From a virus, in the IMG/VR virus record IMGVR_UViG_3300043409_000785, positions 1-64,000 of that record: a stretch of DNA of 64,000 nt. One strand, given 5' to 3'. The notes under the pieces were generated by a model, which saw nothing but the letters and a program-made list of their open reading frames with translations, was not told the origin of the DNA and ran no database searches. Of this stretch, positions 46,201 to 53,392 are shown in pieces. The translations under genes and the position numbers were made by a program. Positions within the stretch are counted from its first letter, which is position 1; every line of letters begins with the position of its first letter.

Positions 46201-49200
46201 GATATATAGTTCCGCACTGCTCTCTTCATTAGGCGCAGTGTACCCATCGTTGACTTGCCGCTCAGAACCAAATCGCATATTGGGCGGCAAAAAGTCATCC
46301 AGCCTACCATCTGCGGTGTAGGTTGACAACTTTTGCCCTGGCTTGCCTTTCAAGAACGTCCTGGTCTTTTTCCAGTCAGGACCAAAGATTTGATTCAAAT
46401 CCCACTCAGTCATCGAATGCTTAAGAGCATTCCACAAGCTTGCTGGGTTCTCCCGTACTGCTTTTTTCTCAGCACGAGTCGTTTCACGAATCAGTTTGAG
46501 AAGCTGCCTGACTTCTTTCTTTTGTTCTGGTGTAGCTGTTGACAAATCAACAGACGAGTCTTCGCCTAACTTATCGAGCAGATTCTCAATGTCTTTTCTG
46601 AGATCGTGCAATGGCGCTAGGTCATTAGGGAGGCCATATATGTTGTGGCTTTCATATACCCCAATGAAATCATTTAGTTTTTCCAAAGTTTTCTTGAAAT
46701 AGTTTTCATTGAACTTACGATTAGCCTCAATGTCTTCTAGGCTACCTGTGTTGCTTAGAGACTTCCCAACAATCTCCATATTATGCCGGATGCCACTAAG
46801 TACGGGGATGCTTTCAATAAAGTCGGCAGCTTCATTCCATATGGCAAACTCTAAGGGGGACACTACACCCTCTTCGTTTACAGGAATGCCATCTTGTAGA
46901 TCGTAAACAAGCCAAGCAGTTGAGTAATCTTCCGCTTCTGGTGAGAACTCCACATCAACGTCACCCCGCCTCCAAGTCAACTCTTCGCCATCTACTGGAG
47001 TAAACCCCATGTTCTGTAGCTGATCCAACTCTTCTTCTGTTGGCTCAGTCTTCATAGAAGTCTGGGAATTGATGGCACTTGTGGCCTCATCAACCAGTGC
47101 GTTCATTTCTTCCAACGCCGTGGACAGAGCAGTAGCATCAGCTTCACTGACAGAACCAGCCATCAATTCATTGATGGCAGTTATCTTTTTATTGGCCCAC
47201 TCAATTACATTTTTGAGCTTTACGGAATCCTCTGCAGTAGGTTTTTCAAGAAGAGCTTTAGCTTTGTCCACCCCCACCTGTATATTTTTTAGCAAAGATT
47301 TAACAGGTTCCACTGACGTGTTAACTTTTCCTTCATTTTTAGACACGTTGGTAATTTCACCGCGAGCAAGTCTTGCGGAAAACGCAACCCCATTTCCATC
47401 AACTTTACCTTTACGGAGATCACCGTGGGGGACCATTTCTCCACCAGCGCCTTCTGAAAAAACAATACCGTTTTTCACTTCAAATTTGAGGCCAGTTTCA
47501 GAGTCTTCGTATAAACCATCCGATATCCCGTTTGGTTGATTTTTTGTAACCACGCCCTCACGTTCTTTTAATTTTTCAGCTGCCTTGGCTGCTTCTGCAG
47601 CGTCACTTTCTGCGCGTCCTTCCGGGGATTGGCTACGCTCCAGCTGTGCTTTACGCGCAGCTAGTATTTCTTTTTCCTGGGCTTTGGCTTCTGCAATGGT
47701 AAGGAGGGTACCACTTTCTTTTGCTGCAATCAGCAAGCGAACTGCATCAGCGCCCACACCATGCTCTTCTTTAAATTTACGAACAGCAGGGCTATTCGGA
47801 AAACGCCGACGACCATCCTCATCGAATAAGTCATCTACGGTTGTATTAGTAGTAATCGGCGAGACAGGCTTCACACCAGTCTTGAAAGCTGCCACCACTT
47901 CAGCAGCAGGCTTGTCAATCCGGGAATCCAAAGCAACAGCCTTCAGCTCTTGACCATTCAGCTCAGAGAATGTGTCCTTCAAGTTGTTGTAGGCAGCAGC
48001 AATCATCCTGGCATCAGCTGCCACATCCTGCATGAGCTGGACGCTTGCCTCATTCCAAGGCTTGACCCAAACACCACTCGCACTGTCTTTGAACATGCGA
48101 TCAGTTTGTCCAAGCGTTGTGTACGGCACAGCCTTCTTCACGTCACCACGGCCAGTCAGCAAGTGCTGATTGAATGCGGCCATTTTGTTCTGGATGGTTT
48201 CAGCGAACTTCCTGAAGTCTTCCAGCAAGACTCTAGCCCCGGCAATGTCGTTGGCTCGGTAGGCTTTGTAGATTTCAGTGGCATGCTGTACAGCTGACAA
48301 CTGGCCCTTACCCAGATACTCGGCAGACTGGATCTGGTTGCTCACAATGTCTTGAGTTTTCAAGCCAAGACGTTCACGGTTAGCAAAGTCTTCCCGTGAC
48401 ATATCGAACAGCCCCTTGGCAATAGCTACACCTTTTTGCTGCTTCTCCGTGAGCACCAGCTTGCCAGAAGCAGCATGGGCCAACACAGCATTAACCAAAG
48501 CAGGATTGGCTTTTGCAGGATCATGCGCAATGGCATTGGCAGCGTTCTGAGCAGCAAGCTGACCTTCAGGGGTAGCCATGCTTTGCTCTGTCAGGTTAGC
48601 ACCGGCTTTGGCATTCTCAGCCACCACAAAGGCATCAATCCTGGCCAGCGTTTTCTTCACGATTGGTTGAGCATTGATCTTTGCTAATGTGTCCTTAATG
48701 GCCTTCATGCGAACCACAGCAGGATGATCGTCAGGCAGTTTGCTTAGCGAAGCAGGCTCACTACGAAGAGCATCTTCCAAATCAAACACATAGTTGTTCA
48801 GCTCCAGAGCAGCAGCAAAGTTAACCGTCCCAACATCACCTTCACTGTTTGCATTGACAAACTGAGCCAGCTTCAGCATGGCTTCAGCTTTGTCTTTGGA
48901 ACCAGCAACAACATCTACCAAGGGAGTTCCTGCAAAGGCAGCAGCGTCCTGTTCACCATAGTTTAACGCACCAGTGAGTTTTGCTGCGTAAGCCTGCCCT
49001 TCTGTCTTTTCTTCTTGGTTCAAATCTGAAGTATCAATACCTGCTTGAATGGCAGCAGCAGTTTCTGGCATGGCAGCCTGAGTAGCTGCAACTTCAGCAG
49101 CAATCTTGTTTGGAGCCAAAGGAGAAGCAGCTTCATTGCCAGCTTCAAGCTTGGCAACAGACTCACTCATTGCTGTAGAAGCTTTGCCCCACAGGTATTT

Positions 49201-50652
49201 GCTGGAATCACTGACAGCATTCTTGACAGCACTGGGACCAGCAATGGCTGCTGTAGTGCCAAAGCCGTACAGACCACCTTCACCGGCCTGTTCACCAACT
49301 TGATCGTACATGTCCTGATTAGGATTAACCACAGCTTTGTTAAGCAGGTTCTGGCTAAACTGACCCCAACCAGATTGGATGCCCTCTTCCAAAGTCTCCT
49401 TGGCTCCATTTTGGGCAACGGTTTTCACAGAAGCACGGGCAAATGGATTAGCCTCAAATGGGGCTACCAACTTACCGGCTGCAGCAGCTACAGGGGCTGT
49501 GATTGCACCAGCAGTGATACCAGCACGGTTAGCCAACTGAGTACGGGCCTGCTCTGGCGTCATCCCACTGGCAACATATCCACGGAAGGTTTCACTGTTT
49601 TTAGCCAGTTCTTCAAATGGCATCTTGGCAATAGCGTCTGCTGTTTGTTGGTAAACACCAGCACCTTCCATTGCACCAACAGTCAGTGGAAATGCTGCCT
49701 TATCAACAAGAGTGCCTAATTCTGAACCAGCCAGACCAGTGTTGATTGGCCCACCAGACTTGATTACACCGGATTTACCCAGAGCACCGAAAATTCCCTT
49801 ACCAGCCGTTGAAGCGCCCTTGGCCAAGACTGAACCAGACAGAAGAGATCCTACACCGCTGGAGATGCCACTTCCAAGAATAGCCGAATCATCTGCAGCG
49901 TTACTAACAGCGTTAATAGCACCACGACCCAGACGTTTAAGCCCCGCATAAAGTTCACCGTCACCATTGGATAAATCAATTTCTTGTTGTGCTTTGCTGT
50001 CACGAGAATCAAGTGCATTCCTTGCCTCGTTAACTTTTTTTCGTTGATTCAACTCATCAGACTGAAGTGTGTTCTGTGTCCAGTTATTGAGTTTGGCAAG
50101 ACCTTGAGCAGCAGACACACCAGCATCTTGGTTAACCAGTCCAAGACCAAAAGCACCAATGTTCAAAGCTGGCATGACAAAGCCACTGCCAACATCCACA
50201 ACAGAATCACGTATAGCCTGTCCAGCAGTACGACTAGCACCGGAATCCAGAATGGCTTCTTGGTTAGCTTTGTTGGCTTGACTCATCATATCGGCAGCTT
50301 GACGACTACCGTATTTGAATCGAAGATCGTTTGGCCCCATAGTACGGATATCACGTTCGTACTCGGTCATCGTGTTACGACCTTGACCTGTCAGACCACC
50401 AACAGCAGTTTGATAAGACTGATCCAAGGAAGGAAGGATGCTTGGCTTACCCATAGCAGTCTTCTTTTGTTCTGCAGCGGCAGCTACGTTGACTTTCTTG
50501 GTATCAACTGTGCTTGGAGTAGTTCCATCAGAAAATGGATTTGCGTAAACACCATCCAAAGTTCGCTTGCTATCAACAGCTTGTCTGGTCGGATAAGTGT
50601 CAGCAGAAGTGTTGGTTGCGTACTGTGCCAGCAAGTCGTTGAAGTCTGTCAT
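37273..50652 (-). CDS. Virion-encapsidated RNA polymerase (N4 gp50-like), about 4,460 aa
   Basis: EADGMQNG (motif A), RGAAKSPVTVTIYG (motif B), VFDGIN (motif C); no Cys seen in the translation; giant size; late-strand position. Confidence 0.95.
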   Translation of the reverse strand: MTDFNDLLAQYATNTSADTYPTRQAVDSKRTLDGVYANPFSDGTTPSTVDTKKVNVAAAAEQKKTAMGKPSILPSLDQSYQTAVGGLTGQGRNTMTEYERDIRTMGPNDLRFKYGSRQAADMMSQANKANQEAILDSGASRTAGQAIRDSVVDVGSGFVMPALNIGAFGLGLVNQDAGVSAAQGLAKLNNWTQNTLQSDELNQRKKVNEARNALDSRDSKAQQEIDLSNGDGELYAGLKRLGRGAINAVSNAADDSAILGSGISSGVGSLLSGSVLAKGASTAGKGIFGALGKSGVIKSGGPINTGLAGSELGTLVDKAAFPLTVGAMEGAGVYQQTADAIAKMPFEELAKNSETFRGYVASGMTPEQARTQLANRAGITAGAITAPVAAAAGKLVAPFEANPFARASVKTVAQNGAKETLEEGIQSGWGQFSQNLLNKAVVNPNQDMYDQVGEQAGEGGLYGFGTTAAIAGPSAVKNAVSDSSKYLWGKASTAMSESVAKLEAGNEAASPLAPNKIAAEVAATQAAMPETAAAIQAGIDTSDLNQEEKTEGQAYAAKLTGALNYGEQDAAAFAGTPLVDVVAGSKDKAEAMLKLAQFVNANSEGDVGTVNFAAALELNNYVFDLEDALRSEPASLSKLPDDHPAVVRMKAIKDTLAKINAQPIVKKTLARIDAFVVAENAKAGANLTEQSMATPEGQLAAQNAANAIAHDPAKANPALVNAVLAHAASGKLVLTEKQQKGVAIAKGLFDMSREDFANRERLGLKTQDIVSNQIQSAEYLGKGQLSAVQHATEIYKAYRANDIAGARVLLEDFRKFAETIQNKMAAFNQHLLTGRGDVKKAVPYTTLGQTDRMFKDSASGVWVKPWNEASVQLMQDVAADARMIAAAYNNLKDTFSELNGQELKAVALDSRIDKPAAEVVAAFKTGVKPVSPITTNTTVDDLFDEDGRRRFPNSPAVRKFKEEHGVGADAVRLLIAAKESGTLLTIAEAKAQEKEILAARKAQLERSQSPEGRAESDAAEAAKAAEKLKEREGVVTKNQPNGISDGLYEDSETGLKFEVKNGIVFSEGAGGEMVPHGDLRKGKVDGNGVAFSARLARGEITNVSKNEGKVNTSVEPVKSLLKNIQVGVDKAKALLEKPTAEDSVKLKNVIEWANKKITAINELMAGSVSEADATALSTALEEMNALVDEATSAINSQTSMKTEPTEEELDQLQNMGFTPVDGEELTWRRGDVDVEFSPEAEDYSTAWLVYDLQDGIPVNEEGVVSPLEFAIWNEAADFIESIPVLSGIRHNMEIVGKSLSNTGSLEDIEANRKFNENYFKKTLEKLNDFIGVYESHNIYGLPNDLAPLHDLRKDIENLLDKLGEDSSVDLSTATPEQKKEVRQLLKLIRETTRAEKKAVRENPASLWNALKHSMTEWDLNQIFGPDWKKTRTFLKGKPGQKLSTYTADGRLDDFLPPNMRFGSERQVNDGYTAPNEESSAELYIANKLGQGNYLTYDTEMLLGQIGTSLQELEQALNAEDLQNALKEVEAELAKQKANREARRLAKAAATASQTTTGSDPGTSVPQAPQGSVATAKPAEVVGINIYSKSTDALGRALTNPTYDKYTLDSVPGLANVPTKFKDAERWYLANKATTGTAAEKLAADMLTMKAVIIAKLQKYPELVTQITERGGKEFLKASEHTVGVKGSRWEGVGSKSNFMKVLNAAYQDVLNGVPAVEPKKKVEPPATSTPAAVAPTAVAEPSADTGIVVPMNYRDGQDASHVMRSEFKGKSTMDLILSGDRTASTRNDLAGFKGLKKGDVFTVKNTYTGQKAQVRATTDPYLVSSVTAEEWSKLEGWAPSLYAKYKGKIAYQMQYELVNKPVTAEPSATVVSSLVQEEEADPIEEEDVSDVTPFVYTGEATGLRDEPKFSNLFGGAANRFLDAYKLPAAAISRIALVNTALETISSAVTSTENMTETMGKKPKAGYSDQLGNLYKQYVSRVGAQVVDAVKAKLAARLAYAPETGKNIGVTIQEQITASGFVNTWDTGKVFNLLNNNNGKLTYNETLLEGAVLAALQWLITSEGVTSRLTNKSVAGIFGIQEGEVPSGLATEMSIGQGELDAVTALGDKIRQYWGLEGNKDYPMDQVIGIANSMAAEILATMVGITVDTKQGPISLLSKQEFNWNTPILDAKGKQVLNKKGFPAIDRKTHNRILIDLRAVVGKHVKSLQSYPDAIEQAVLVTPEQTVYLEDERPSVARTQMRNPGAKNKKQALKAIEATQNTPYNFTHQYKLYEALGFDNMLKLFGFGSLSKEEKQNKFNKNHLKSVEGTNQGIVSGMLGMDFLRSQVDVRAEAVGKTSEEVGVHFPMQPSKVQRLQQKGRNTPQGDKLMRAVLSPHTTVINLDNKNEASYKNFLIAIAQAVGMKIERIKPDLVREQIKKQLHTELQPAVEVLQKWVNDQGAIQADATDIFIESFNNAGLELNNLALQALTEYARYLNTAKDSDERKNFTTTLYGEADGMQNGPGGAMILHSTGAFTVHELQMMRKVGYYPGKEGWTAQDQFVADDVDTYGTVANTASTLIEESKAVYDATSAPGDTQASNQVQHMLNLLELLFEGNVTFNEKGELKIKRGAAKSPVTVTIYGAGQYGIAAKIVGIITDELYSKMSDVAAAKYADRNADEATIMFGSRENFNKFTGAWEALTNFYVKTDRDSGITSLGQSDVYTPRVESVNHETAVGFTVDENAKATLTGNVKTLFVEPMDTAIRQTMGASLMSSMELIRQATQVQTLFLEDAFKTEVAKALDKKKKEDPNHQEGDFLSENELKKVLEKLKYMMPKIDTGNMEYYLAGSQSNRLENVKAFGSSLDGQFKTPAMASGPKDLGVGGIAALNIGMVDGQMIMNFYWDGDVVGTLPVFDGINLPLDKLGEYSEKANKAIFDAWMGNAMKALSESYSVFMQDTDGEIIRIAVDKPILFKKLASAFYGPSLKVDQMDGEKLSWLRTDLSLELVKVNEKLKNAAIEVEIRHLAMQDISAGIDQMAGFSSPYQHQGTISVEGMSDEKIIEVLNERREFHRERVTKQLSKTQDISEAISNSGYHDMATGAKVFYQENLSFLGSQMNIPQEQRWMYNELVNSKALEGWTFITGTNEQIRAKAEQLGVAAEHLNNLEKGLTLTGQKIIIFPNATGETLVHEMVHAATFSIIHAHYSGTLPGKGNADIAGAVGGLEILMRQFMELSEELPALSTETMQQYLHARSVIQIHLNQGKNPLAQASALNEFMAYTQSNPALIRMTKNTTANPLVRISKMVLEFIKELVWGKRAPKVGGDMFTNIRFNTALLARYQPSIAATMAAASTAVLPHSSPKNDLRLRGIRDNFLKRIPNHLKMPLTKDGVLTGKVTTTAIQVATEAAMTLNAHGFPMEPIEQSTFTSIVQTLATQAVIDPNTMARAQELFTLATKTLTVADFIDPSNTDAGSALYYANEQYNAVMGNYYEGKDALGRSTLLPVFMGLAITNEKFRGVLSKLELPKTKLKDWDSLDSAFENAGNSLMEKLSLRLSGEGKHAPNVQAAIDALTEHLMSTANNDLLTRMTEGFADWRETRLNKRNNRLLGYIDKSAKALHKASVSALKNPQYGKFSQTLGKLGELTSAIINEDNAEIVAQGIVSTINKVDGFRTLREVIADIVGRTDSNAEIYDQNKLVRTMVSQDRQHYRDDLPGVILEQFSRTVTKEEMTAMFHGLGKTDIALLRESMKDAEIRELFTKPSALPMAIRTVETQLKTADPQHWNQVEKKARQLADYMNGKGYGNNLLRNAESVANLFDEPQQAKRTKPDEAYIKAVDKLVSLYAIDGLSNENLSSLSSLVQSEAQGVDFVMAYLTGQRAEEMRKANASLTARMNYFKGFVPSSQDGNVTMVVASDAEYSKLIGKSYTKVESYKGSSLVGGEPRSYYFANVPGRAAYNQGTMQNARQTAGGIDLATGFTDGLMTAGRITDRKLVYRLAQNLRNERATTEPLLPVRSADGVIVAFERAVDPKQLERLSQSTDLAKMIGVWRGRQVEEAKVQVFNEALVDAAKKMYKTDLQNSSSKKAEYINVFDPKEQKKDPVLADAVRLLNPETIKYIEDVFGKGTFMVRKELANDMLGYRGATIGDFWTGNHRWSPETEAAVKNLAISVFGNKAYQYMVNGERILQNVVGSAKTLIVMKSIIVPISNLIGNVYQLISRGVPLLSIAKGMPRKTLEVDSYSKSRRREVKVEALLRAAEGDVINTRKLSAELQSIRDSYRRMSIWPLIEAGQFSSISDMEVASEDVQLTSGKLHEYIESLVDKLPTSIRNAGRYALVTKDTALFQGLQKAVNYGDFIAKAVLYDDLTQRKGLTSKEALARITEEFVNYDRLPGRSRGYLESVGMLWFYNFKLRLVKIALSTIRNNPVHALVVGMMPKPDLFGSIGTPITDNLFSKAWSGGLGNSIGPGMLFNAPMLLPTVNAVFD

Positions 50653-50706
50653 TCTGGTTTCCAAGATATAAATTTGAGCTAGGTTGTAGTGTAACTCTAC
50701 ATAGAC

Positions 50707-50738
50707 AAAAGCCCCGCCTCAAGTGAAGCAGGGCTTTC
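50707..50738 (-). terminator. Intrinsic terminator
   Basis: Minus strand AAAGCCCTGCTTC-ACTT-GAGGCGGGGCTTTT. Confidence 0.65.
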
Positions 50739-50755
50739 AAATAGAGCTGAATTAG

Positions 50756-52909
50756 TTACTGAGGTGCCAGCAGTACCTTGCCAGTTTTAGCCAAGTAAGC
50801 TTTAGCACGTTCTGCGACAAGTCTTTCTTGTTCGAGCTTGGCAATACGTTCTGCTTCTTTTGCTGCTGCTTCACTGGCTTTTCTAGCTTCAGTCTGTTGA
50901 CGAAGCCATGTTGCACGAAGTGGTGAATCTTTAGCTGGCTCTTCAGTAATTGCTTTGGCAATTGCTGTTGAGGCATCACCCCAAGAACCAGTAACACCCT
51001 GTTGTGGTATTACCTTGCCAGCAATAGTCTTGGCAACTGGTGGGGGTTTATCAGTTGTCTTATCTGGAAACTCTTGCTTGGCTACTTTAGAGTTGTCTTG
51101 TCTCAGAATGGCGTCTTGGTATTGCTTCTCAGCAGTTGCTAGTCGCTGCTCAGAACGAAGCACCGAACCAGCAAGAGCTGGGTTATCTGCAGCACGAGCA
51201 CGAAGCTGCAGATACTCTTGATTTGCTGCTGTGAATTTATCTTTAGCAGCATCGACAGCCGCACCAATAGCAACGATGGCGTCATTCTCAGCTACTCGAC
51301 TTTGACCCATTGGCGTTTTTAGCGCATTTGCGAGAGCCTCAATACGCTTCTCGTTTGGTTCATAACCAGTACCTTTAAAGGCATTTCCAGTAAGCCATTG
51401 TGGCAATGTGAACCTAACACTACCAGAACCCATACCTTTATTGAGCAAAATCTCACCGGCCAATGCAGGTGTAATTTCGTATTTTTCAGATATTCTGTTA
51501 ATTTCCTCCATAAGTACAGGATGTGGGATAGTCTTCCATTTTTCATTAAGAGCGGTAGCAATGTCAGATGGGTTACTGAGATCACCTCCCTTAGCCATTA
51601 CGCTAGATAGACCAGTAAGGTTCTTCATACTCAGTGCCATCTTGGCATCTAACGTAGCACTTGCCCCAGCACTATTGAGTTCTGCTGGTGTATTTAACTT
51701 AGCACGTTTAGCTGCATCAATCAGTCCTGCAACAGCGTCAGTACCGCCGTTAACTGCCTGTTTATCATAGTAGTCAAGACGTTCCATCCAAGTGCTGCGA
51801 TTTTCAGCGTGCTTGGGTTGTTTTAGCAAATCTTCATAGTGTGCTCTTCGCAGAGCATTGAACTTAACTGGATCACCTCCAGACTGTTCAACCCATTTCT
51901 TAGCATTACCTGGGCCTTGGTTCACAGCTGCATCCATAGCCGTACCCTGAATAGCTGGTGGCAAGCTATCACCACCAATTGCATCCCAGTAGCGTTCTTT
52001 GTAAAGCTGAACTGCTTTGTCTTTTGTCAGGTTTTTAACATCAATGTCTGGGTTTGCTTTTTGGTTTATACCAAAATTAGCAGGAGCACCACTAGCACCA
52101 TCACTAGAAGTGTATCCACCCTCACGACGAAGAATTGATTCTGTGGCCCCAGCAAACCCTGGAGTAATGCCACCGCCACCAACTGCACCAGCTTGAGGTC
52201 CAAACGCAGAACCCCAACCTGCTGCTGCAATAAGGTTTTGTACACCCTGCTTAACTTCAGGTGCTGCATTAGCCCATTTTGGATTCTTAAAAAGAAGTGC
52301 TGGAATGTCAGAAGCAACACCAATTCCTGGAATGATTTCTGAAGCAATAGCTGAAGCTTCTTGGCTTTGAACATCCTTGCGGATACCAACACCTGTGTTT
52401 GCAATGCCACCAACATTCTTGAACATATCAAGAAGCTGGTCACCCCGCAAATTACCAAAGGATGCAGCACCCTGGGCTGTACGCATACCTGCTGTGTCGC
52501 CTCTAGCAGCAGCACCAGCATAGATCAACAAATCAGGAACAGAAGCGTCTAATGCAGCATCTTTTTCCTGAGTACGCTTCATGTTGTACATGTTGGTGTT
52601 CTGAGCTGTCAGGTCACTAACACCCTTGTCCATTGCATTAAATGTATCAGTGCTAACTCGACGGGGATCAATACCTTGCAGAAATTCGCCAGAAGCTAGA
52701 GCCTGTTGTCTGGCTGCAGGGTCTTGGTAACGCTGCATTGCTGCTCTAATTCCTTGGTTCACACCATTGGAAATAGAGTCGTCGTAAGCAGTGACAGCAC
52801 CAGTGGCTGTAGCACCAGCACGGTTGATCAGATCACTGAAAGTCTTGTAGCCATCCAGACTCCCTGAGAAGTTTGGGGCATCTACATTGCGCCAAGTAAG
52901 TTGAGCCAT
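50756..52909 (-). CDS. Internal virion protein (N4 gp51-like) with GH108-type lysozyme domain
   Basis: MAQLTWRNVDAPNF N terminus; ILRREGGY...NFGIN...LTKDKAVQLYKERYW...DAAVNQG. Confidence 0.8.
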   Translation of the reverse strand: MAQLTWRNVDAPNFSGSLDGYKTFSDLINRAGATATGAVTAYDDSISNGVNQGIRAAMQRYQDPAARQQALASGEFLQGIDPRRVSTDTFNAMDKGVSDLTAQNTNMYNMKRTQEKDAALDASVPDLLIYAGAAARGDTAGMRTAQGAASFGNLRGDQLLDMFKNVGGIANTGVGIRKDVQSQEASAIASEIIPGIGVASDIPALLFKNPKWANAAPEVKQGVQNLIAAAGWGSAFGPQAGAVGGGGITPGFAGATESILRREGGYTSSDGASGAPANFGINQKANPDIDVKNLTKDKAVQLYKERYWDAIGGDSLPPAIQGTAMDAAVNQGPGNAKKWVEQSGGDPVKFNALRRAHYEDLLKQPKHAENRSTWMERLDYYDKQAVNGGTDAVAGLIDAAKRAKLNTPAELNSAGASATLDAKMALSMKNLTGLSSVMAKGGDLSNPSDIATALNEKWKTIPHPVLMEEINRISEKYEITPALAGEILLNKGMGSGSVRFTLPQWLTGNAFKGTGYEPNEKRIEALANALKTPMGQSRVAENDAIVAIGAAVDAAKDKFTAANQEYLQLRARAADNPALAGSVLRSEQRLATAEKQYQDAILRQDNSKVAKQEFPDKTTDKPPPVAKTIAGKVIPQQGVTGSWGDASTAIAKAITEEPAKDSPLRATWLRQQTEARKASEAAAKEAERIAKLEQERLVAERAKAYLAKTGKVLLAPQ

Positions 52910-52918
52910 GGTAATTCC

Positions 52919-53383
52919 TTACTTGGGCAGAGAGTTCTTGCTGAGATAGGCTTGACGGTCTTGTTCAGACATACCTTGAGTCTTAGCACGGGAATTGATA
53001 CGATCCTCCAAAGCTGTGTTGTAAGACTGGGTTTGGTTGTTCAAATTCTTTTCAGCCATCATCTTGGTGAAGTCAAATTGTTTGTTTGCCAAACCAAGAG
53101 ACTTAAAACCACCCCACAGATTGCCCAAAGTCTGCAGTCCACCAATACCTAGATTGATCATCCCTGCGTTGTCACCAAGGGTCTTAAACCAGTCAGGTGA
53201 ACTATTTTTATCCAGTCCAAAGCTAGGCATCTGGAAACCTTGCATTGGATTGACAAGACCATTGCTACTTGGGTCAGCAAAACTCATTTGAGTTGGTTGC
53301 ATGTTTGAACCAGGACCAAAAGAGAACTGGTTAGTGTTGGTAGGCATACCCATGCCATAAGGGGTGAGATCAAACATTCCCAT
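52919..53383 (-). CDS. Virion structural protein (N4 gp52-like)
   Basis: NLNNQTQSYNTALEDRINSR motif; synteny. Confidence 0.78.
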   Translation of the reverse strand: MGMFDLTPYGMGMPTNTNQFSFGPGSNMQPTQMSFADPSSNGLVNPMQGFQMPSFGLDKNSSPDWFKTLGDNAGMINLGIGGLQTLGNLWGGFKSLGLANKQFDFTKMMAEKNLNNQTQSYNTALEDRINSRAKTQGMSEQDRQAYLSKNSLPK

Positions 53384-53392
53384 GATTTTCTT

